Source: Leptogorgia sarmentosa
Lineage: Eukaryota
Assembly: GCA_964658305.1 (NCBI GenBank)
Contig: OZ210885.1
Span: 6,014,001 to 6,078,000 of the forward strand
Length of the DNA stretch: 64,000 bases
Direction: 5' to 3'
The translations under genes were made by a program, and so were the position numbers. Under the pieces are notes generated by a model. That model did not search any database, was not told where the DNA came from, and saw nothing but the letters and a program-made list of their open reading frames with translations. This document shows positions 1 to 11,039 of the stretch, piece after piece; within the stretch, counting starts at the first letter, position 1, and every line of letters starts with the position of its first letter.

Positions 1-419
1 CCACAAACCATAAACATTCCTGGTACATTGGGAGTAAATTTCAGACAATAGATGACAGGCTTAAGAAGATTCAACCACGTAATGAGATTACGAGATTACC
101 ACGGTCAATGCGTCAAGAGCATTTTGGAAAGGATCTGGTGGTTACTTCTATACGCTCCAGTTGTTTTGACTGGATTCTTCCTCAGCCTTTTTATGGTCAC
201 ATTCTTTTGCTTGTTGAAGCAATGCTCACCACTTCGTCGATTTCTTACAGCGACCTCAACAAGGCAGATGCGTGTCTAACCCAGTATGTGTTCCAGTTTG
301 AACGACTGTACGGGAAACAGCACATGAGTTACAACGTACACCAATTGTTTCATTTAACAAAGACCGTGAATGACTGGGGCCCTTTGTCATGGAATGAATA
401 TATTAGGCTAAAGTCATAA
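1..419 (+). mobile_element. CACTA/EnSpm-type transposase C-terminal fragment, frameshifted
   Basis: Stitched frames give IDDRLKKIQPRNEITRLPRS..WLLLYAPVVL..FERLYGKQHMSYNVHQLFHLTKTVNDWGPL, typical of the animal CACTA transposase C-terminus. Confidence 0.75.
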
Positions 420-600
420 GCAATATAGAATGACAAGTCAGTCAGCACATTGCAAACAGATAATTTCGAAATTTCTTATCACAGGAGGTGACCAGGGAAA
501 AGAAATATTCCTGAAAAAGGAAATGGATAAAAAGAATCCTAACAAGTTGGCTATTTAACAATTAGTCGCCGAAGGCGAGGTGATTACAAGCTCATAGTCC

Positions 601-994
601 ATACGAGAGAAGATATCAACCAAGGAAATCAAAGTCGAATATTGCTCTACACATGATATGATCGCAGATATCATGACCAAAGCTCTTCCCAAAGACAGAT
701 TTGAAAAACTGCGAAACCTGTTGAACGTTTGTTCATCATAAACTTGACATGCTTAAACTTTTATATATTAGATGTTGCACTTGGACAATGAACATATCAA
801 ACACAATTATTAAGTGGGAGTGCTAGAACAATAATAACTGTGTTTGTAGTCCTCCATATATATTTAGATCAGTGGACATCACGTGACACTGCACGCACTG
901 TGTTTACTCTCTGGTCTTGTTCTGATAAACGTTTTGTTATATATATATATATTATGTTCTGTTTGTATCACAATAAATCTTCGTAATCCTAACA
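601..994 (+). mobile_element. Ty1/Copia 3' remnant: RNase H end, PPT and 3' LTR
   Basis: 601-741 translates IREEISTKEIKVEYCSTHDMIADIMTKALPKDRFEKLRNLLNV..*; PPT taagtgggag 811-820; LTR 821-994 tgctag...ctaaca with TATA-like runs and AATAAA. Confidence 0.85.
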
Positions 995-1340
995 AAGGCC
1001 AAAAAGCGAAAGCTCGAAATTTAACACGAAAACCCATGTTGTTTGGTACGATGCGTCCAAGACTGGTAACAACACACTTGAAAACATGCTGCGAAGGATG
1101 ACCGAAAAGGTTGAAATCGTCCCACACCTCGAAAACCACTCTCTGAGGGCAACGACGGTTACTGTGTTGTCTGCTGGCAATATCGAGGCAAGAAAGATCA
1201 AAGCCATCACAGGCCACAAGAGCGATGCCAGCATCGAAAGCTATTGCGAGCGTCCAACGCGTAATCAGTTCAAGCAGATTTCGACAGCGTTAACGTCGTT
1301 CATTCACAGCGACAGAAGTCCAGAATCCCGTCATCAATCT
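995..1340 (+). pseudogene. Tyrosine recombinase catalytic C-terminal fragment (Crypton/DUF3504-like)
   Basis: WY..GNNTL..M..NHSLRAT..ITGHKS..SIESY carries the H-x-x-R...H...Y catalytic motifs. Confidence 0.8.
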
Positions 1341-1655
1341 CATCAACTACTCAAAGAAAACCAAAGGCCACCGGCTTCGATTTCTAGTTTTCTATTCTTA
1401 GTTTTTAGGGTGGGATGGATTGAGGGGTTGGGGGTAAAATTTTTGTCATTTCTATTGTATTTGTTCTTTGCATGTCTACACGCCCCTCCTGTAAATCAAC
1501 ATATTTGTTGTGTGAGGCTAGCGTGTATTTTAAATAAATTTGATTGATTGATTGATTAGTGTAGCTCATCCATGTTGCAGCTCCACGTCGACATGCCAAC
1601 GGCAACAGTTGCTGCCAACTAAACAACATGAAAGCTTTTTCACGTCGCTGGGCTT

Positions 1656-3421
1656 CAGGGGCGGATCTAGGGTTAGTCAGGGCGTAATAAAACACGGGCG
1701 GGGAAACGCGCATATATCACGCTGTTCTATGCGTGATGCGCCTGCGGATTGGCGCGAGCGCGCGTTTTGCGAGAAAATACAAAAAGGACGGCAAAAAATG
1801 GCAACAAAAAGATTTGCGGAAGACTGCGAAAGTACAAATGAAAACATAGGTAAGTTTTAAATTATTACATAATTATTTTACGTAATTTAAAAGAAAAAAT
1901 ATTATACTTCAGTTCTACCAGATTATAATAAACAACAAGCGCATAGTGTTGTAAGAAGTCGATGTTTCAGGAGATGTTTTGATTTTTATTGCTTTGAAAA
2001 TTTGTTATTTTTGCGCATAAAGTCAAGTTTTAAAACGAGTTTTTTAAATCCCTAGGTAGTCCTAGGTAAATTTGATAGCGCAAAAAGTTTCCTAAATTAA
2101 TATACTTGAAGCTAATTAAAATGCGGAGTTGGACTTTTTCGGACTTTTTTCGCTATGGTATTTTTTCTGAACACAGTGCTGTTTATCATTTGTATTGTAA
2201 GGAGAAACCAGGCGAGTTGACAAGAATTTTTTTTATAAACCAAGCAGAACATTTGAAATACGGTTTAATTTATCTATCATTGCCACAATATGTCAGTCTA
2301 GATACAAATTAGATTTCCCAAGCTACCAAGAACGAAAACATAATCATTTCAGGAATCTTTTTATCGGCACTTCTTTAAAAAATATGTACATAGTCAGACA
2401 TTTGTCAGCTCGACAAACAACAGCGTATACATTTTATGTTTCGAAAACGAACCATCCCCTGGTGTGAAACATCCGCTGAAAATTTGTACAAATTGAAATC
2501 AAGTTACAAGATGTCAAAAATTTGTCATTTGAAAATGGACTTTTTTGTTTAAGCGATGTTTTTTGCCCTGGATTTTGACGTGTCAGCTCGACAAACAACA
2601 ACAACGCGGCCATTTTATGTTTCGAAAACGAACCGCGGAAAATTGTATTTTAGCATATAGTTGATTCCCTAGGTGTGAAAGACGAGAGCCTTCTGAAAGA
2701 GCTGAATGTCGCTTCGGATTCAACGAAGACAACAGACCGCAGACGCACTTCTGGCAGCTAGCAATTTCAGTCTCCCCGATTATTTATGTACAGCACTGGA
2801 ACAAATCCAGAAACGAGCACTTAGAATAATCTATGGTTACGATACACCTTATAACGACGCTCTTGAAGAATCGGGTCTCCTCAAACTCGCCGACTACCGA
2901 TTAAAGTTATGCGACGAATTCTTTGCAAAGGTTTTAGCTAATCCACAAGACAAACTTTTTAAAATGCTTCCCCACATCAATCATACAGTAGTTTCATTGA
3001 GGAAAGTGAGAAAATTTGACATTACCACGTGCAAGACGAACCGCTTTAAACAATCTTTTATAAACTCAGCTGCTAGACGATATAATGATTTAGGTAGTAA
3101 CTAAATCCTTTTGTCCTTTTAGTCCTTTTTAATAGATAACTCATAGTCAATTAGATTATTTAAATGTATATATCTTAAATGTATTAGGCATCCTTGTAAT
3201 TTAAATTCTAGCATCAACTCTAATTAATGTAAACCTTACTAATTCAGTCATTGCTGTAAATAAGGCCTTTTTAAATAAACGATCTATCTATCTAAACGAT
3301 CTATCTATCTTTGTGAAATTCAAAGCCACGCCCACCGAAAATTTTGAAATGCCACGCCCACTAATGGCTGTGAAAATTTTTTTTGACTCACGTGTGAAAA
3401 ATCCTAGATCCCCCCCCCCTG
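1656..3421. mobile_element. Non-autonomous hAT element
   Basis: Ends caggggcggatctagg / cctagatc(c)nctg; 8-bp TSD CTGGGCTT at 1648-1655 and 3422-3429. Confidence 0.85.
2765..3310 (+). mobile_element. L2/CR1-type LINE 3' end nested in the hAT element
   Basis: SLPDYLCTALEQIQKRALRII..CKTNRFKQSFI is the LINE ORF2 C-terminus; AATAAA plus (tcta)n tail at 3275-3310. Confidence 0.8.
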
Positions 3422-4109
3422 CTGGGCTTGAATTCTGGCTCGATCCTTCCATCTGGCTCCTTTAACAATTGCCAGTTCACATTCAATGTAAATACGAACA
3501 ACACCCGTTAATTTGAACTAAATTTTACAGGATTTCTACTGAACTGTTACGTATAAATTCCATTTGAACTGTTGACACTGAAATATTATTTCGTTTTTGC
3601 ATGTACAGTAAACACGCATGCGTCGTTATAACAAGTGCTTCCGCAATAATTCAATGTAAATAAATAATAATTCCAATAAAGTTAATAATTAATATTGCTG
3701 TTGGTGAACACCTGGGAATTTATACTAAAACAATTCGCGCCTTGGTGACTATGAGTTTGTAATCACCTCGCCTTCGGCGACTAATTGTTAAATAGTCGGC
3801 AGGTTTTAATTTAGTTTGAAAATGACGGACTCGTCGTCTTTAGGTCAATCACCGATTCACATGTCTAGTGACAGTGAATCTGATAAAAGCGAAGCGCATG
3901 AAATGTCTTCCAAGCGCGAGCACAAACGTGGCCTATCGCCCTCACGTCATTCTCATGAAAAGGCCAAGAAAAGGTCAAGACGATCATCAAGTTCGCCGCG
4001 AAGAAGCAAAAAGAAGAAGAAAAAGAGTCGTGACAATCAACATGGTGGTCGAAGGCCGAAAAAAAGTAACAAATCGCCATTTGGCTGACGCCAAAGAGTC
4101 GTGACAATC

Positions 4110-6732
4110 AAAAGAAAACGACAACAGAAAAGGTAAAAAAAACGGCAAAAACTAATCTGAAGTTAGAATTCAGATGGAAACACCTGAACAAACACAGTGA
4201 ATATAAGCTGAAAAGAGCGGTCCACGGTGGTAGCGTAAAAGGAATGTCTGTGCCAAAAACGGCTGACGCCAAAGAGTCGTGACAATCGACATGGTGGTCG
4301 AAGGCCGAAAAAAAGTAACAAATCGGAAAAAAATAGTGACGCCAATACTAACGAGCAGTGGTGGCGCCAGGGGGGGCAAGGGGGGGCAAATGCCCCCCCA
4401 AAATTATTTTCTGCCCCCCCCCATTTTGCCCCCCTAAATTATTAGTCACTGAGAGCGACTAAAGGCTACACAAGCCTGGATCCATGCGACCAAGTCGGAT
4501 CTAAATTTGCGGAATTTTTAAATCCTTTAAACTTAGCATTTTCGGAACTCTGTAAAGCTGTCAAAATTGCTATGAAAAAAAAAACGGCGGACGCCAAAGG
4601 TTGCATAGAAATTGCGCAAAATGGAAAACTCGAAGACATGGAGTTTCAATTAGCAGATTTTAAAGGAAATATCTTGATACCTCTGACGAGTCATTCACGG
4701 TTGCAAGTTACAAGCGAACGTACTGCTCACGGTTTACATACTCCTCGATTAGTCCTTCTCAGACCAATCTAGCGGTATGTAAGCCGGACGTAACGTACGG
4801 TTTACACACCTCGATTAGTCCTTCTCAGCGAAGATAAGAACAATGGAACCGAGCAAGATTCAAGAACAATCGTTCGAAGATTATGAAGGGTCAATGATAC
4901 CTCCGTGGCTACTGTCACAGGAAGAAACCTGTCACAAGAAACCTGGAAAACAAAGCTCTTCGAATGGAACATCGGATGCGCGAAAAGAGCTTGCTGTACT
5001 CATCGCTTGCTGTACTTTTCTGAGAGATTTTGCACACGAGTTATAGCTCATAAAAGAGACACCGAATATCAGTCATACCACTAAAACCACAATGCAACAC
5101 GCTACGAATTATTAGTAAGGGGAGTCGTCTATTGAGTATTTCCTATACTCTGCATGGTTTACGTTTATGTAATTTTATTGACAACATGTTATTACTACAA
5201 TCGCAGCGCTACTACAGTCAAGGCGGGCCCCTGCATATTCCTTGGTGCCCCCTGTTAACACCATTGATAACTGCCAGGTGACCTGAAAACACGGATAAGT
5301 ACCGGCACCAGTTGTCAAATAGAAAACCATTTTCCGATTCAAAATATCCATTTTTAATAAAGTTTCAGGAAGTTTCATCAAGGAAAATAAAAAATATTAG
5401 CGATTAAAAACAGGAAAATGGAGTTCTTTTTGCAGCTATTTCCAGGCCTTTTTCTGACGGTCAGATCAGCTAGAACATGATAACCAATAGATAAACGTAT
5501 TTTTTCACTTCGAGTAGGCAAGCTGTGCTAATATATACGCAATATTATGTAATAATACTATATTGAAATGACATATTGTGTGAATAATGTATGTTCATCT
5601 ATTAACTATCTAACTCGTGGTCAGCGGAATCTCCCAGGATTGACGCCCTTGTATATATAGACTGTTTTCGCCATTTCGACTCGTCTGCTAAATACCTTGT
5701 TCAAGCTCGATAGTTCCGTATATAACAAAAAGCTCATCAAATAATTCTGAAAAACGGGCGGCAAATGGTTGTTGTTTTAGGTTGATAAATACGCTGGATT
5801 TATCAATCTATCACGTGATCATGATGAAGCTAGACAAAGGAAAGGCAAACTAAGAAATTGTTCAACAAGGAACCAGGCCCCAAATGTAACTCAAAAGAAA
5901 ACGACAACAGAAAAGGTAAAAAAAACGCCAAAAACTAATCTGAAGTTGGAATTCAGATGGAAACACCTGAACAAGCACAGTGAATATAAGCTGAAAAGAG
6001 CGGTCCACGCTGGTGGCGTAAAAGGAATATCTGTACCAAAAACGGCTGACGCCAAAGGTTGCATAGAAATTGCGCAAAATGGAAAACTCGAAGATGTCTC
6101 TCTAAAATCTGCTAACTGAAACAACATGTCGACATGGATCGACATGGAGTTTCAATCAGCAGATTTTAAAGGAAATATCTTGATACCTCTGATGAGTCAT
6201 TCAACGTTGCAAGTTACAAGCGAACGTACTGCTCACGGTTTACATACACCTCGATTAGTCCTTCTCAGACCAATCTAGCGGTATGTAAGCCGGACGTAAC
6301 GTACGGTTTACACACCTCGATTAGTCCTTCTCAGCGAAGATAAGAACAATGGAACCGAGCAAGATTCAAGAACAATCGTTCGAAGATTATGAAGGGTCAA
6401 TGATACCTCCGTGGCTACTGTCACAGGAAGAAACCTGTCACAAGAAACCTGGAAAACAAAGCTCTTCGAATGGAACATCGGATGCGCGAAAAGAGCTTGC
6501 TGTACTCATCGCTTGCTGTACTTTTCTGAGAGATTTTGCACACGAGTTATAGCTCATAAAAGAGACACTGAATATCAGTCATACCACTAAAACCACAATG
6601 CAACGCGCTACGAATTATTAGTAAATAGCAAGGGGAATCGTCTATTGAGTATTTCCTACACTCTGGTTTACGTTTATGTAATTTTATTGCCAACAACATG
6701 TTATTACTACAATCGCAGCGCTACTACAGTCA
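4110..6732 (+). repeat. Local direct duplication (about 4110-5220 and 5893-6732), each copy with different insertions
   Basis: Near-identical blocks; ORFs 4843-5046 and 6349-6552 translate identically; a hAT-like end (cagtggtggcgccaggggggg) at about 4356 interrupts copy 1. Confidence 0.9.
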
Positions 6733-8559
6733 AGTAACGAGGACACTGATGCTAGGCCAAAGACGCTTGGTTCAAATAGGGAGTCAAATTGCACAATTAC
6801 AGTCAATTACAGTCAGTTACAGATTACAGTTACAGATTACAGTTAATTATTAAGTTCGGTCCCAATGTCAGTCCATTGCACGGAAATTCAATATGGCGGC
6901 AAATATGGGCGATGTAAATTTCAGGATTTAGCAATTTAAAATGTTCCTGTCTGGCCAATTCGTCACATCCGCAACGGAATCATGTTTGAATGCAGTATGC
7001 AGACAGGATGTAAGTGTATTTTGTGCTATTACCACTAATAATTTTCCACTGTGTTCTATTTTTGGTAAAGCAGTATGTCACACATGGAAGTGATAAATAT
7101 CTTAAATTTATATGTGAATATATTCTAATTTATTTGGTTTATGCAAATTTCATTTGCATGTTGAGTATAAAGTTTTTGGACTGATTTCTGATACAGTGAA
7201 CTTGCATACATATTTATACCACATTCATTTGCTAATGAAAAAGCATTTCACTTTCAAGTCCAAAACGGTTCAAAATAGTAATATGTAGGTATACTTTGTG
7301 GATAGTATATGAGAATGAATAGAGTTTTGATATTTTTTTCCATTTCATCGATATACTGACGTTGACGGAATTAGGTTCTAAAGAATGACCCCAGGCCCTG
7401 GCAAGGAGGGCTATTACAGCTATAAGTTCAGCTATGTTCTAGTGTTTCTGCTGCACAAAAAAGAAGATCTATACTATGCTTTGCATTGACCCAGTTGTTT
7501 GAAGCAATAAAAGGCCATGTTTTCAATGGGCTAAGTGCCAGGTAGTCTCAACAGAGAGAAATTGCTAACTTTCTACTATAGAGCTATAGCCTAATTATTA
7601 AATGTTAGGCATTGCCTATATTCCAGCTGTGCCTTATACCAAAAATCAAGAAAGCCTATAAAAATTAACCAATTACTCAAGGATAGAGTAGATATAAGAA
7701 GGTAATGCTGGTTGACACTACCTGACATTGGGCGATGATGTGTGCTAATAGGCGGCATTGGGTGACAATGGGCGACAATGGGTGACAATATAGGCGACAT
7801 TAGGCGACATTGGCCCCCAAAGTAGGCCTGAATTAAATTACAATTAACTTAATTTTTTGTAGAATGGCTTTTCGTTTAGAAAAAATGCCGCTGAATGAAA
7901 TGTTTATTTATTTTCAACAGGAAATACTTTCTCACATGAAGCCATTGACAAAAAGATAACCAACTTGAGAACTACCATGACAAGAATTGTTTAAAAGGAC
8001 GTAAATTGCGGTTATTGTGATTAACGTGTCGTCCGTAATCTTTGTTTCTAAATCGAGATAATTTATCGTCGTCAAAATATTTGTCTCGCGTGTAGCCACC
8101 ACAGTTTGCTGACGATTTTAAAAAATCGCCCGTGTAGCCGCGGCTTTGTAAGGTGGGAGAGATTTTTTGTCTGGCAAAACCAGCTTGTTGAGAATTATTA
8201 GGTTGGGATTAATGAAAAACGATTGAATTGATATTAGTTACTATATACGAGATTTATTATTTCTTCGCCTGAAATCATTTTCACATCACACTAAAAGTAA
8301 TATTTATCATTTATAGACCCGGAGCGAGGGTAAAATGGCACAGAAAAACTACATAAAAACTTCGCTGGGCTTTTGTCCATCATTTCTTTACTTTTCTTTA
8401 CTCATGCCCTGAGTGTCGCAGAAAAGAATGACGTAGCCAAGCAAATCGACCGTACATGTCACGGAATGTGTCAGAGAATGTTTTCAGGGCATTTTTTTTG
8501 TTGATTTCGTGGTGTTTTTTTGAGTATCGTTCATCTGATATTCAAAAACTTCTTTTACT

Positions 8560-10900
8560 AGGACGAAAGTGAAGATCTGTCTTCGGATGATGGCTCTCGA
8601 CGGAGAAAGGGGGGACAGAAAAAGATCGGTTCTCAACATTGGGATGGCACGTGTGCCAATCCAGGAGGTGCAAAAACATCCAGAAGGAATAAACGGATTA
8701 TGCTGCTATCGCTTCACTTGCGACGCGAAAGACATGAAAAAAAAGATTGCTTTACCAAAAGAATGACAGTAGGACTACGTGGGCAGGATATGGGCGGGTA
8801 CTTTATCCTAATTGCAAAGGCTGTAAAACCGTACCTAAGCCCATACCCAGCTCCCCGGGTACGAACTTGCCATCCGGCTGGACACCTACATAGTACCTCG
8901 ATTTGATCTTTTCGATATGTTCTGCGTGATACAAATGTTGGCACAATAACTGCATGTACGGTGTAGAATACGATGTTATTTTGGCACAATTCAAGAGGAA
9001 AGACGGACAACAATCGGGGTACCGCATACACCCGATCACGAAACCGTTCTCCTTCGTCTCCTTCACGCACATCTGCGCTTGGCGCGAGGGACAGGAGAAC
9101 ACAGGTTGGGACTGGGTAATCTGGGCGGACACAGGATCGTCGGGAAGCTCAAGTGGATCTCCGAAGAACCGCGACAGCGCCTGGTCAAGCTGGTGTATTT
9201 GGCCACAAGTCTGAACGAATACTTCTCGATACTTCCGGATTTGTTCTTCCAGTACGACCTCTTTCTGTTTCTGGCCCAGACAGATTTTTTTCAGATCCGA
9301 TTCCAGCTCAGCCCTCAGTCGAGAGATACGATGAGATGGGTTTGGGTTTTGAGACGACAAACCGTACCTAAGCCCATACCCAGCTCCCCGGGTACGAACT
9401 TGCCATCCGCCTGGACACCTACATAGTACCTCGATTTGATCTTTTCGATATGTCCTGCGTGATACAAATGTTGGCACAATAACTGCATGTACGGTGTAGA
9501 ATACGATGTTATTTTGGCACAATTCAAGAGGAAAGACGGACAACAAGTGTGTTCCCTCTGCAATTCAGTACCAGAATTCATCCCATGCTCCGCACGCAGG
9601 TATTTGCTAATTGAACATGACGTCGTGACAGTCTATCCACTATGGAAATCATACGTATAATGTCAGACCGTCGTCAGATAATTCTGAGAAAAAAAGATGA
9701 CGTCGTCAAAGAGTATTTAAGAAAGACCCCCGATGTAAAGCCTTCTAAGGTAAAATGTGCGTACATCTTGTCAATGGTTCTAAGCAGGATTGGTCTAAAG
9801 TTGACAAACAAGCGCCAATGCTGCTAAACATCAAATGGATTTCTAACAAAAAGCAGAAGCTATGAAAGGAAACGGAACTTCATGGAAACAATTTCGAAGC
9901 AGCTGCAAATTTTAAACAGTATTGTGAACTAAATGGCCTTTGAATGACAAAAGAGGAAATCTAGACAAGCCATCCTTCGTCTTCAAATCCAGTTCCTTGA
10001 AAGCAAAAATTGCCAGCAACCAGCGTTTACCATGCATTGCTTCGAAGCCAGATTCCACTAGCAACTATGGAAGATGAGCCAGAAGATTCGAGAAATGTTA
10101 CGTTATTTTGGGAACTTTTTATTAATGAAGTTGTTGAAAACGTTTCCGACTGGGAAATTAATCGTTGTGATCCAGCAGGTGCTGTGCTGACATGGCCCAT
10201 TTGCAGAATGTCTTCGGGGAGGAGATTTGCGAATTCCACTTCAAGGAATCAGTTGATCGTCCTTCTAAAAAATTTAGAGGTACACAAACGAGCACCTTTA
10301 AAGACCTCGCGGTTCAACTGTTAGAGTGTGTGACGCCTGAGAGAAAACAAAATATAAAAGCTTAAAGCTTTCATTGAAGAACCAAGGTGAGAGTGTTCAT
10401 GGTGGTTGGGCTAAGTAACATCCTGCGAACATGACTTTATTAAAAGTGGCTGAAGCTGACGTTCGTAAGGTAAAATATTAGATGTTCAGTACGAAGGTTT
10501 GAAGGGCGGAACGTCTACAACCAGAAGATGGGGAACTTCTAGCACACAAAGACAAACAACACATTTCAGAAAAATTGAAGCGGCGAGCAAGCTTGGGGAG
10601 GAAATGTTTGGACAGGAGAAGCATCGAAATGGAAGGAAGCTGGACGATAACTCCTCGCAGAGACCACCATAGACTAAACGAAGGTCTGAGAACTTTGGCT
10701 ACTTTGATACATTCCCTAACTGAACCGCCATCCTTGTTAACCGAGGCAGATACATTCCCTAACACACTACGTTATAATACAGCCATTCTGCGATCATACA
10801 GACATTGTCTACTGTCTAACCTGCAACCTGAGACTCCTGCCAACATGGCACACGATGAAAATCATGAACTGAAAAATGGTTTGCGTTCCTTTATTTTTCC
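8560..10900 (+). mobile_element. Decayed Mutator/MULE-type transposase with N-terminal Cys/His (GCM/WRKY-like) region, interrupted by TOP3A fragments
   Basis: After removing inserts: WAGYGRVLYPNCKGCK|YKCWHNNCMYGVEYDVILAQFKRKDGQQVCSLCNSVPEFIPCSARRYL..HYGNHT; later SVYHALLRSQIPLATME..NVTLFW..CDPAGA..CEFHFKES (MULE CxxH motif); several stops and frameshifts. Confidence 0.65.
8825..9461 (-). pseudogene. TOP3A: Two duplicated TOP3A fragments (8825-8928 and 9010-9461) inserted in the MULE ORF
   Basis: About 98% identical to 11119-11540 outside the inverted segment; encode HAEHIEKIKSRYYV..GELGMGL and RAELESDLKKIC..CMRYPDC; 85-bp host segment repeated at 8929-9013 and 9462-9546. Confidence 0.9.
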
Positions 10901-11039
10901 GCAACACAACCAAAATGCCCAATACAAACTCTCTCTAGTATACTATATCCGTTGGCAACTGTCGTGAACCAGATCACGAAACCAAAGAAGCAAGTGGCGC
11001 CAGAGACAATTATCCCTGGTAATAGAAGCGGCCGTGATT

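Larger units (their letters stand above)
551..3795 (+). mobile_element. Crypton-like (tyrosine recombinase) element bounded by 49-bp terminal inverted repeats, with nested insertions
   Basis: 551-599 is the reverse complement of 3747-3795 with 1 mismatch; encloses a YR fragment at 995-1340. Confidence 0.65.

Noticed and set aside
4843..6552. Duplicated 67-aa ORF as a gene
   Set aside because: No recognisable motif; identity simply reflects the recent duplication
6893..7560. Exon-like segments of a possible transposon gene
   Set aside because: Contain stops and no motif I can assign with confidence
8803..9546. 247-aa minus-strand ORF as a real gene
   Set aside because: Chimera of TOP3A fragments, an inverted segment and antisense MULE sequence
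10706..10763. Repeat-spacer-repeat resembling CRISPR spacer acquisition
   Set aside because: Only two 15-bp repeats and no cas-like genes; a templated insertion with target duplication explains it
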